A stretch of DNA of 64,000 bases. It comes from a virus (lineage: Duplodnaviria; Caudoviricetes). The notes under the pieces were generated by a model. It was not told the origin of the DNA, searched no databases, and saw nothing but the letters and a program-made list of their open reading frames with translations. The stretch lies in the IMG/VR virus record IMGVR_UViG_3300028591_000003, positions 32,001 through 96,000 of that record. One strand, written 5' to 3'. The position numbers and the translations under genes are program-made. Positions within the stretch are counted from its first letter, which is position 1, and every line of letters starts with the position of its first letter. Of this stretch, positions 39,484 through 49,392 are shown piece by piece.

Positions 39484-39604
39484 AAGTTACTTAGTAAAAA
39501 ACGTTGCTCTAAACCAAGCTGAGCTATCCCGAAACCCTCAGGAGTTGGATTTGAACCAACGACACACGGCTTACAAAGCTGATTCTTGATATTGTAAGTA
39601 ACTT
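39484..39604 (-). ncRNA. ACUUACAA-module RNA, circularly permuted tRNA (YrlA-like topology)
   Basis: AAGTTACTT-ACAATA..T-arm GTTGG-TTCAAAT-CCAAC, TCCTGA-loop-TCGGGA, D-arm GCTCAGCTTGGTTTAGAGC..AAGTAACTT. Confidence 0.82.
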
Positions 39605-39611
39605 AATTAGA

Positions 39612-39642
39612 AACTAGAGGAGGAATCGAACCTCCTCTAGTC
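39612..39642 (-). other. tRNA minihelix-like hairpin
   Basis: ACTAGAGGAGG-TTCGATT-CCTCCTCTAGT. Confidence 0.6.
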
Positions 39643-39661
39643 GTGATGCTTATTAAAAAAA

Positions 39662-41521
39662 TCAAAGGGTATTTGCTCTCACGAGTTCATACCTATTGCT
39701 TCTATAGAGACTCAACAGTGGAGTATAGACATCAAAGACATCCATATCCTTGAAGTTAGTCAGGAATTGCTCAATCATTGCTGGATTCGAAGGTATGTAC
39801 ATCATGTTGTCAATTCCACTAAATCGGTCTGCTCCAGCACTAGCACGAGAGCCAACAGCACCAGTAACATCCATAAGGATTACGTAAGGACGGAATCCAA
39901 AGAACCCCTCACACTGACGGAAGAAATCGTTCATACTCGCCTCTGGTGAATACATATTATTGAACATACCATCAGACATGATTGTCCATACAGGATAGTT
40001 ACGAAGAGCATCCTTAATCTCAGGATTTGCCTGACAAGCCTGGTTCAATCCCTTAGGAATACATGAAATATCAGTATTCCATCCCTGGAACTTACTTTGA
40101 AGGAAAGCAGAAATCCTCTTGTAATTATCCAGGAAACTAAGTTTAGGATCAACGAATGGTTGTGCCTTAGTCTTAGCTACCTTACTTCTTAAGATTGAGT
40201 TCTGAGATGTAGCCTGAGAATCAATGTAAGAATAGAAACGAGATGTTCCATCAAACATACCAACGAGATTACGAGCATCATCATCGGGATTCTTAACCAT
40301 ACATACTGCAGTAATAAAGGCAGCAAATCTGAATGGTGTACCACTCATAGAACCAGAACTGTCAATAATGGTCAGTGAATTATAAGGAAGATTAACCTTA
40401 TTCATAAAGGACTCAATCTTCAACTTATCAATTGTGCCACTAAGAATCTGGTTGTAGAGTTCAGTAAAGTTAGTAGCACCAATTGTTACCTTGGCCTCTT
40501 TCTTCACTTTCTCCAATTTAACCTTATCCTCCTCACTAGCCTGACCTTGACGAACCTTCTCTTCCAGAATACGTTGTTCTTGTTGCTTCTGCTCCTTATA
40601 AGTTTCCCATTCCTTGATCCAAGGCTGGAACTTAGCCCACTTAGATACTTCTGCAATAGCTACATTAGACTTTCCATCCAATCCAGCTGTCTCACAGTCT
40701 GCACCTACTACCTTGGAATAGAGGATTCTGTTCTTAACCCTGAACCTAGCCTGAGATGGGAGCTTGTCAAACCAGTCGATGAATTGCTGCTTGTCAAACT
40801 CATTTATCTTGCCAGTAGAGAAAAGTACAGATTCAAGAGAGCCATTGTACTGCTTTCGCCACTCACGATAACCCTTAAAATATTCCAGTTCCCATCCCAT
40901 CATCTTAGAGAGTTCAGTTAAGAAGTTCTTTTTCTCATTCATTACCTGAATAGTCTCAGGAAGAACTCTCTTATGACCTTGACGCTTACTGGTTCTTGGG
41001 ATAGTCAAGAACTTGGCAATCAATGTCTTATTGAACGGATTAGAACCGTTAATCACAGCATATGTATAGTCAAGAAGAGCCTTCACATACTCTTTATCTT
41101 GAAATGCATGATATATTTTCAGTACCTTCGAACCCTTAGTTTGAACTCGATTACGGAACAAAACATCAAAGCATGTATACTCATTAAAGAGTTGTGCATT
41201 TAAAAACTTGATGAATTGTTTCTTATCTTTTTTCCAAAGCCAGGTTGTGATAGTATAGAAAGCCTCACGATTGGCATTACCACCACTGTCAACCTTCTTC
41301 TTTTTAAAGATGTTGTGCTGACGATTAGTAATGTCTCCAATAGAGAACAGGATTGAGAAGAAAAGTTCTCTCTTTTCTTTAGAGTTCTTTACTTCAAGCC
41401 ATGCATCATTCAGAAGAACCTCTGAAATAACTGCATCAGTTGATGCCTGCTGAAGTTGCAGACATCTGCGAAGTCCGTAAAACGGATTGTTACTTTTTTT
41501 ATTAAGTTCTACTTGTACCAT
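39662..41521 (-). CDS. DUF2828/TROVE(Ro60)-like helical domain plus vWA domain protein
   Basis: MIDAS IIDSSGSM...NTD...MSDGMF; N-terminal pattern AW...LF...DI...GG...RE.F, AKF...PR, KLPSQA recognised by eye as DUF2828-like. Confidence 0.75.
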   Translation of the reverse strand: MVQVELNKKSNNPFYGLRRCLQLQQASTDAVISEVLLNDAWLEVKNSKEKRELFFSILFSIGDITNRQHNIFKKKKVDSGGNANREAFYTITTWLWKKDKKQFIKFLNAQLFNEYTCFDVLFRNRVQTKGSKVLKIYHAFQDKEYVKALLDYTYAVINGSNPFNKTLIAKFLTIPRTSKRQGHKRVLPETIQVMNEKKNFLTELSKMMGWELEYFKGYREWRKQYNGSLESVLFSTGKINEFDKQQFIDWFDKLPSQARFRVKNRILYSKVVGADCETAGLDGKSNVAIAEVSKWAKFQPWIKEWETYKEQKQQEQRILEEKVRQGQASEEDKVKLEKVKKEAKVTIGATNFTELYNQILSGTIDKLKIESFMNKVNLPYNSLTIIDSSGSMSGTPFRFAAFITAVCMVKNPDDDARNLVGMFDGTSRFYSYIDSQATSQNSILRSKVAKTKAQPFVDPKLSFLDNYKRISAFLQSKFQGWNTDISCIPKGLNQACQANPEIKDALRNYPVWTIMSDGMFNNMYSPEASMNDFFRQCEGFFGFRPYVILMDVTGAVGSRASAGADRFSGIDNMMYIPSNPAMIEQFLTNFKDMDVFDVYTPLLSLYRSNRYELVRANTL

Positions 41522-41992
41522 TGTTTTAAATTTATTATTTGTAAGTAACTAATTAAATAAATTTCCTACATCTGTTTTATAGCAATTAACTCGTTCAATC
41601 TACTAAAGAGATTCTACTAAAGTGCAGATTCTCACTGCTTTTCTATTTTACAGTCTCCATCACGTTGCTTTACGTATCACAATGACCTCAATCACATGTT
41701 TGCCACTACAAGGTCTTTCAACTGTCAATTCAGTATGCCCATTGAAGGTTCAATATTGGAATTCCCTTCAGCCCTCGGAAATTTATTATAAATTAAAATA
41801 CTATCTAACGCTATAAACGCAGGAGTTGGCAACACCCTTTTCTCCCTAGCATAAGTTAATATGCCTCCAATTCGACCAATAGATAGTATTTTATCTGAAA
41901 AAGAGTGGCTTCGAGCGGTTTTATCTCTACTTCACCCGCGCTATAGTTTCCGCACACGTGGTTCCGGTATCAAGCTTCACTCTTATTCTTGT

Positions 41993-42430
41993 TTAGTTGA
42001 ACTCTTCCGTAGAATCCATAGCAGCAAGCTCTGCCTCCATCTCCTTAATACGATCCTCAGGAGTTTTGGTGGACTCTTTAAGTTCAGCGAGCTTCTCAGT
42101 AAGCTCTGCCTTCTTACGGCGACTCTCTGCGAGTTCAAGATGGTAGCGCTTGAAACCTACAATGAGATTTACAAGTTCCTTCATCTCCTTGAGAGAATCG
42201 AGTTCAGTAGTGTTAACTTCTACCCATTCATCCTTGTTCTCAAGATTCTGAATCTTAGTTGAAAGACCAGCCTTGATATTGTTCAGGGTGTTAATACTTG
42301 TTGTGTGAATCAACTCTACAATGTTAAGTGGAGCACCCATTTTAGTAGAGATTGTACTGTTTGTCATGAGCATCTTAAGAGCAAGCTCACACATCTTGCT
42401 GTAATGCTCTTTTGTGAAATTTATTTTCAT
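41993..42430 (-). CDS. coiled-coil hypothetical protein
   Basis: 145 aa; GC-richer codon usage like the vWA gene. Confidence 0.8.
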   Translation of the reverse strand: MKINFTKEHYSKMCELALKMLMTNSTISTKMGAPLNIVELIHTTSINTLNNIKAGLSTKIQNLENKDEWVEVNTTELDSLKEMKELVNLIVGFKRYHLELAESRRKKAELTEKLAELKESTKTPEDRIKEMEAELAAMDSTEEFN

Positions 42431-42523
42431 ATTGTTAAAACTTTTTTAATTATTTTAATTATAGTTAGATTATCTGTATTACATTTACGAGCAATATCTG
42501 TAATTGCTCGTAAAATATAACCT

Positions 42524-42883
42524 TCAATTTCCTCCTCCATAGCTTCCAATTTTTTGATAAATCGTACCACCATTCTCCTTTTTAAAAGAGAATGCCTCAT
42601 ACAATCTCTCAAAAGGAATTACTTTATAATTTGATGTTATTACTCTATACATTTCTTCAGATTCTTTAATCAATTCCTCTAGCTCTGGTATGATGCAAAA
42701 TTCGACAATTACATCTAATTCTGCTACTAATGAATCATCATCATCTTCAATATATCCTTTGAATAGACGATTTTGAGCATAAGCAATAACCTCTTTTCCT
42801 GTTGGAAAAAGAGATTTCTCAGATAAAATCACACAAGACAATTCCAAATCATTGTGTGTCAAGAGAGTTGAAATTCTTTTCAT
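42524..42883 (-). CDS. hypothetical protein
   Basis: 119 aa; AACAATATG start. Confidence 0.65.
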   Translation of the reverse strand: MKRISTLLTHNDLELSCVILSEKSLFPTGKEVIAYAQNRLFKGYIEDDDDSLVAELDVIVEFCIIPELEELIKESEEMYRVITSNYKVIPFERLYEAFSFKKENGGTIYQKIGSYGGGN

Positions 42884-43065
42884 ATTGTTTGTTGTTTATT
42901 ATAGATTTGTGACATTACATTCAAAGAATGCTCTATCAATTCGTTGTCAATACCTTGGTAATGTTCTACAAGGTAGTCTTCTGCTTCTGGAATTGTTCCA
43001 GTAAAAACAGCATTTGCAACAAGTGAGATTAACTCACAAGCGAATTTTCTTTCTGTTGGTTTCAT
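42880..43065 (-). CDS. hypothetical protein
   Basis: 61 aa ORF. Confidence 0.6.
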   Translation of the reverse strand: MKPTERKFACELISLVANAVFTGTIPEAEDYLVEHYQGIDNELIEHSLNVMSQIYNKQQTI

Positions 43066-43100
43066 TCGTTTACAATAATTAAGTTCTACTTTTGATTTTA

Positions 43101-43502
43101 TTAAAATAATTTTGCTTTGTCTAATTCCTTTAAGACAAGGTGATTACAACTACCAATTTTCTTCCATTGCCAATCAAAATCAGCATTATTGGGAAACAAA
43201 GATTTCCAATATTCAGGGATGTGACCACCACACCATAAATTAGTAGTAGTAACTTTTCTACCATCCTTAAAACGGATTTCAAACTTATCACCGCCAAATC
43301 CTCTAAAAGGATCTTTAGAGTCTTCGTCATCAATGGTATAAAATATACCATCAATGATAGCTACATCAGGTCTTCCTACTAAAGAAAGACGCTCACGCCA
43401 GAAAGAACATTCAAAACATTCTCCACGCTCTTTTATAGAGCGTCCATCAGAACCAATGAAACTATCAGTTCCTAGTTCTTTACCGCAAGTTGGACATTTC
43501 AT
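43101..43502 (-). CDS. Zn-ribbon hypothetical protein
   Basis: CPTC..CFEC..GFGG..TTNLW. Confidence 0.78.
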   Translation of the reverse strand: MKCPTCGKELGTDSFIGSDGRSIKERGECFECSFWRERLSLVGRPDVAIIDGIFYTIDDEDSKDPFRGFGGDKFEIRFKDGRKVTTTNLWCGGHIPEYWKSLFPNNADFDWQWKKIGSCNHLVLKELDKAKLF

Positions 43503-43686
43503 ATTGCTGTTTGTTTTAAGTTATTAAAAATAAATATAGGAGTTTCTCAGTGAAGAGGTCTTCTCATTACTCTATTGTGAATTCATTATTCGAGAATTCG
43601 GTATAAAGGCGAGTAACATCTACAAAGCTACCAAACATGCTATCCGGACATACCGGTCCTATATTATAGAGTGTAGATTCTCTTAG

Positions 43687-43761
43687 TAGCCAGAGTTGGA
43701 TTTACACCAACGACCTTTCACCCTCCCGGGAACGCTCTTATATTATCTGAGCTATCTGGCT
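43687..43761 (-). ncRNA. tRNA mimic with GNRA-capped anticodon arm
   Basis: AGCCAGA/TCTGGCT-A; D stem GCTC/GAGC; CC-GGGA-GG; GTTGG-TGTAAAT-CCAAC. Confidence 0.72.
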
Positions 43762-44110
43762 AAATTGTACGGCCTTACCATACTTTATCCGTACTTTTAT
43801 TTAATTTTCGGAGTCTCCTTCATGTATGGCTTCCAGTGCATGTCCTATCTGATTAGGTTTGAATTATGTAAATATAATTTTTACTCAAATACCTGCAGAG
43901 TCAAAAGTCTGATACACATTTCGTGGTCACCTAAGCTCAAGCTTCGCATTTTTTATCTTCTTATTATGATTCCGTATCAGTTGAATCACATACTGAGGAG
44001 TTTGTAACTTAATTTAACAACATCTGAATTACCAAACTTTTCCGAAAATAATCAGATGGGGCCCAAATTTCTTCTTAAATGAAGTCCAAAAGAAATTATT
44101 GAAACAGACT

Positions 44111-44566
44111 TCAAGACTTTAGAGTATCTGCAATCGCATTTATATTTGATCTTAAATGTTGCCTATACTGCTGCATAATAAGATCATAGACTTTTTTATT
44201 GGGATCAATTCCGAAACCATTTCCAGCCATAGTTTCATCCTTGTGTTCCTCCCAGAACTTACCAGTATTAGTCCATAAACCCCAAATATCTCCAAGATAG
44301 AGATTATCTAGAGTTAATGCTGAAATACTGTCACAACGAAACATTCCCCAAGAACATGGTGAAAGATTTGAATTTCTATATCCAATATCCCAAGCATGTT
44401 TATGGACATTAATAAGATCTTGAAGAGTTTTAGCTCTCCTAAGATCTTCATTTAACTGCTTATTCCATCCTATAATAGAATCCGCAGTTTCTTTCCACTC
44501 TTGATATTCTTTAAGAGCTTTTGAATGGAATAATCTATTCCATAAAGTATCTTTAATCTTTTTCAT
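44111..44566 (-). CDS. hypothetical protein
   Basis: 151 aa; AACAATATG start. Confidence 0.78.
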   Translation of the reverse strand: MKKIKDTLWNRLFHSKALKEYQEWKETADSIIGWNKQLNEDLRRAKTLQDLINVHKHAWDIGYRNSNLSPCSWGMFRCDSISALTLDNLYLGDIWGLWTNTGKFWEEHKDETMAGNGFGIDPNKKVYDLIMQQYRQHLRSNINAIADTLKS

Positions 44567-45419
44567 ATTGTTGTTTTGTTTATTTAGCTATTTTTGTTAT
44601 CTTTCTTCAAATGTTTTTATTTCTTTTGATGAAACATGAAATTCCATATCATATAATGTTTCACTTATGTTTTCCTTTAACTTATCCATTTCTTGATATG
44701 TTAAAGGTGTATCTACCTCAAATTGTAATATTATTGTTCTTTTCATATTATTTTATTTGTTTATTTAGCTATTAATAAAATCTCAAATCCTTTCGGATTA
44801 TAAGATGTCCAGTAAAAGCAGCACGCCGAAAACCTGGACTCTCTATTGACTAGAGTAGCTAATTCTAGTTAGAGATTTTTAAACCCTTGCATTTTTTAGT
44901 TCCTGCAATGATTTAATAGGAACACTCTAGAGCTCGGATTGGTTACCGAAAACTAGATACTTTGGACAAGCAGTCTAATATCAATTTAGGTTTTACTTTC
45001 AGGTTTACATCAGATTAATTATCCAAATGTCTATCTGCCTAAAATCTAATATTGAGCCTCTTATGTCTGCTGTAATATATTGTACCAGCAAGTTAAAGAT
45101 ATTTTTCTTTGGCAATCTAGTTTATATCCTATTCTTGAACAGATTGATTACCGAAAATCATTTACTGAACATTCATCAATATTCATCATCCATGCGTCTG
45201 GTGAATTTAGGGTAGGAACACTTTTAAAAGGTATTCTTTGATGAATTCTCTTCTTGAGTTCTTCTGTAATTTCTTCTTTTTTCATAATGTATCCTTGATT
45301 ATCGGTTTTTATAATATCAATACATACTATAAATATATCCCATTCCTCTAATGTTTACTCGGAAGATAATCTTGAGTTGAGTTCCTAACGGATCTCATAC
45401 TCAAGATTATACTTCTTTG

Positions 45420-45863
45420 CTATACTTCTTCGTAAATTAAATATTTACTCCAAAGCTGAGGATAATCCTTTTTAAAGGATTCCTCATCAAAACCTACACA
45501 TTTTTTGAGCTGGTATCCTTGCTGCTTTAAGTAAGTAGCACACTCAGACTCGAAGTCTGCGTCTTTTTCTGAAACTTTGGACTTCTCTGAATGTGGAGGA
45601 TAAATCCAATTCTCAAACCAAGTTTTATGGATTGGATTATATGGAAACATATATCCAATATGATTTCCTCTACCCATTCCCTCTCTTTTAAATTTTTGAA
45701 GAAGAGTAGGATTAGCAACAATTTTTGATGCCATAACTCCACTTAATCCAGCTTCTTTTAAAAGCTTAATTACCTGTTCATTTGAGAATTTTTTCCCTTT
45801 GTTCTTATCTCGAACTAAGTTATACCTCGCTGAGACTTCTTCTGTGTTAATTTTATTTTTCAT
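45420..45863 (-). CDS. hypothetical protein
   Basis: Start at AACAATATG (MKNKIN); ends at TAG. Confidence 0.75.
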   Translation of the reverse strand: MKNKINTEEVSARYNLVRDKNKGKKFSNEQVIKLLKEAGLSGVMASKIVANPTLLQKFKREGMGRGNHIGYMFPYNPIHKTWFENWIYPPHSEKSKVSEKDADFESECATYLKQQGYQLKKCVGFDEESFKKDYPQLWSKYLIYEEV

Positions 45864-47073
45864 ATTGTTTGTTGTTTGTTTATTTGGATACCACATGGTA
45901 TCCAAGATTAGATACTATTCCGTTATTTGTTTTTCTTGTGACCCTAATTAACGGACCCTCAGGATCAATTCCAATTAAATCTTCTTCTGAAAATTCAACC
46001 GGAACATCATTGAATCTTAATAATTTCATTGCGTTATATAGACAATTACTGTTGACAATGCTAATATTACAAGTACATAAATCGTACTTAAAACTAATTC
46101 TAATTCTTTTTTCATAATTGTTTGTTTTTAAAGTTTCATATTATTAATTTGTTAAAAATGTCTCCATACCCGTATTGATATGGAGACCAAACAAACTTAA
46201 CAATTTCGGCCGATTATTTATACTCGGGAGACGGCCTACCTACATGTTATCCTGAACATCGTGGCAAATCTGCCCATTAATTGGCAGTAATCATCAGTGA
46301 AATTCCGAGTTTTTCAAATTGTTAATTTCTCAGATTGTTAATTTTTAAAAATGAAAGTCTAGGCTATCAACTTTCTGGAGGACTACGAAACCCATGATCT
46401 CCTCTTTGACATAACTAGGTATGCATGTTTACCCTTGTGTTTACCTTCCCACAACTGGTGTATCCATTTTCAAGATACTGGTTCGAACTAAAATTTTGCC
46501 GTCTATTCCGAGCTGCCAACTTATTACTAAGTATAATAACGCAAGGGAAATCAACACTTACTATCCTTCTTGCTACTTTTCGTATAAGCCATGTGTGCAA
46601 CTTCCAACTGCCTCCTCCTCAGCCATATGAACTCCACCATTCAGTTGGTAACAAATGAAGTTCGGCTACACCTTTTAAATTTAAAACTAAAAATCCATAT
46701 TATTAAAAATTAATCCTCTCACGTACATTTGAGGGTTAATGCCTAATATTACGACAGAGCCTATAATTTCAAGGATGTAAATAGGTCATTAAATATTATC
46801 TCCTCACTTCCTTGGAGATCGAGCTTAACATTCAGAGACTCTTATTGAGTAGTTAAGTCTACTTACGTCAATTCCATGTGCCAGCATGGACAGATACGGA
46901 ACACAATATACTGGCATATATTGTGAACATTCGCTAAGTATTTTCATGTGCATTTTATCACATGCTGCTCTGTCCGCCCTTAGCTTCTGAGGCCATTTTA
47001 CACATTTATAGTACGCAGTCCTATAATGCGCCAAGCTTTTTATTTTACTTCCCTTCTTGGTTATAGGAAGTTT

Positions 47074-47301
47074 TTATTTTAATAACCTTAACAACTCTTT
47101 ATCATCAGGTTCTGTTGCACCTGCTTCTATAAGACCTTCATATGTTCTTAAATCCTTAGATAAATCTATTGCTCTCCATCTTGAAAGAGAAATGTAAAGA
47201 TTCTCTGGAATAGGTCCACCTACTGGTCTAGTTTCAAATTCATCTTTTTTAAGATGCTGAAAGAGCCAGTTACCAATACTTAAATAATCAGGATATTTCA
47301 T
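47074..47301 (-). CDS. hypothetical protein
   Basis: 75 aa; AACAATATG start. Confidence 0.7.
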   Translation of the reverse strand: MKYPDYLSIGNWLFQHLKKDEFETRPVGGPIPENLYISLSRWRAIDLSKDLRTYEGLIEAGATEPDDKELLRLLK

Positions 47302-47385
47302 ATTGTTAATTATTTGTTTTGAAAAATTATTTGAGAGTAACTATCTTCACAGACTGTTACTCTCTAAACTATGAAAAACACACTC

Positions 47386-47898
47386 TTATTTTATACATTC
47401 TGGAGGAAAAGCTTGAAGTTCACAAAGAACACTTACAAGCTGTGAATAACGAAATCCACCCATATCAGAATGATCCTGTTCTGTATCATTGAGAAGAGCT
47501 TTAAGAGTTTGATCAATCCAAGATCTTCTAGTACAGAATATCTTAAAATCAGAATTCTCTAAAGCTTTTATACATTTCTGCATGGCCTCAAATGATGGAA
47601 TATTGAAATCACCGCCAGTTCCATCCTTACGACGCCAACAAATATGTTTTCCATCATTATACTCAATGTCATTGATATGAGCAATGAGTAATGACTGACA
47701 TGCTTGCATGCGTCTCTCTAATGAAGCAATGATACGTGGTGAAAATGCTCCTATGATATCTATCATAAGATTAATACCCCTCTGCTGTGCTTTATCCAAA
47801 TCAAAGTCAGAACCAGCAGGTTTACACTTTTTCGGAATAAGCAGATCAAAAGACATCAACACACCTTTTTCAGTCTCTGAAAATGTTGTATTCTTCAT
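47386..47898 (-). CDS. hypothetical protein
   Basis: 170 aa; AACAATATG start. Confidence 0.78.
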   Translation of the reverse strand: MKNTTFSETEKGVLMSFDLLIPKKCKPAGSDFDLDKAQQRGINLMIDIIGAFSPRIIASLERRMQACQSLLIAHINDIEYNDGKHICWRRKDGTGGDFNIPSFEAMQKCIKALENSDFKIFCTRRSWIDQTLKALLNDTEQDHSDMGGFRYSQLVSVLCELQAFPPECIK

Positions 47899-48411
47899 AT
47901 TGTTAAGTTACTACAGAATAGAGCTGTAGGACCTCAGATGGCTAATTATACCGCTAACCTAACGTACCCTCATATTGATGGCGAGTCACAACCCCTCCGA
48001 CTGTGGACTAGGGAAACCTTACTATACTTCTGGTTTTACGAATTGTGTTTTACACCTAAAACTTGTTCAATATCCACGGTAGAATATTATTCTCCTTATT
48101 GTCTTGATGGAGCTGAAAGAACAAGAAACTGGCGTCCTCAACATCTTGGAAATCCTAACTGTTTTACGCCACATGACCATATAGTATCTATATGTTAAGC
48201 CAGGACAACTCCACGTTAGAATATTTTATATTGAGTTTTTTACAGGCTTAACGTACCTGTTATGCTCATTACGGAAGGTTCTATGTTGTACTGAAACCTA
48301 CAAGCCTACATCGTAACTTTTACCACGCTCTACGATGTTCGCGTGAAACCTAGGGACGATAGGAAATACTGCCCTTATATGGTTAGCATGCCCTCATGGC
48401 ACAAGTCATAA

Positions 48412-48750
48412 TTAATCCATTTTATGAGTTTTCCAATATCCGAAAGGAATTTTCTCGTTAAAGGGATATTCTCCCATAGAAGAATTGTCTAAATCTTCCA
48501 TTGTTACACCCAAAAAAGAATATGCATCAGCAAGAGTTTTAAATGCTTCTACACCATATCTACTATTTTCTAATGTGTCAGCAGTATAGCATTGATGTGC
48601 TATATACATTGTACTTCCACCTAAAACAGCTGTCCAATCACATTCAACTACTCGAATAAATCCAAGTAATTCACCAGAATTAGATTCTACTTTGGTTACA
48701 AAGGTCCCACCTGCAGGACCTGTTGTTACAGGAATTTGTTTTGCTTTCAT
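48412..48750 (-). CDS. hypothetical protein
   Basis: 112 aa; AACAATATG start. Confidence 0.75.
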   Translation of the reverse strand: MKAKQIPVTTGPAGGTFVTKVESNSGELLGFIRVVECDWTAVLGGSTMYIAHQCYTADTLENSRYGVEAFKTLADAYSFLGVTMEDLDNSSMGEYPFNEKIPFGYWKTHKMD

Positions 48751-48768
48751 ATTGTTAATTGTTTGTTT

Positions 48769-48840
48769 GTTTGTACGAATATATTTTTTCGTTTCGTTCT
48801 GGCCTCATCAGCAAACCTTTTTAATGTCTTCCAGAATGAC
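48769..48840 (-). ncRNA. type I hammerhead ribozyme
   Basis: GUUUG-CUGAUGA-G-GCCAGAA-C-GAAA-CGAA-loop-UUCG-UA|CAAAC; loop II CCAGAA complementary to upstream UUCUGG. Confidence 0.85.
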
Positions 48841-49392
48841 GGAGTCTTAAGTTTGGAACAAACTTGAGACCTTGGTATTTTTACAGGATTTTAAAAATTC
48901 TGTTAGTTTATACTCAACTAATTTTTTAAAAATTTTCTAACACTTCAGAAATAAATAATTTTCAAACATAAATTTTCTATCTTATGAAAATATGTATAAG
49001 ATAGCCAATTTTCGAAATCGAATTGTTTGAAAATTGTTAATTGAGTTGGCGATGTTGACAGTCCTTTTGAGTATATCTCTTACATACAAATTTTGCATAA
49101 AACATACTCTCAACACTGTGGAACATATACTTAACTTGAGTTATTGTGAAACTATATCTTAGTATTAAATAAAATTAGTTCCCTATTCATCTCGAACTGG
49201 GAACTAATTACACTAAAACATTATTCACTCATAAAATTCAAAAATTTCCAGTAGAAACCCCTCTTCTCGAGGAGAAAGTAACCGGACTTCCCAACAATCC
49301 AGTCAGGAAGCCCGATTACTGAGAGCACATAATTATCGGTAATGATGTGGCTACTATCCTTCACCACACCAAATACTGTAATCATATGACGA

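Noticed and set aside
33404-39604. Repeated TTGTAAGTA motif as a CRISPR array or DNA operator
   Set aside because: Spacing is irregular, the repeat is short, no cas genes are present, and each copy has a covarying pairing partner within tRNA-like folds, which points to an RNA module.
39767-42520. Plus-strand ORFs opposite the vWA and 41993-42430 genes
   Set aside because: Antisense shadows of GC-richer coding sequence.
46222-46310. Second hammerhead around CUGAUGA near 46291-46297 (minus)
   Set aside because: No GAAA core or stem III follows; only a CUCGG/CCGAG closing stem.
37796-48756. Recurrent AACAATATG before early-region genes as a special regulatory element
   Set aside because: Explained as the A-rich, Shine-Dalgarno-independent initiation context typical of Bacteroidota.
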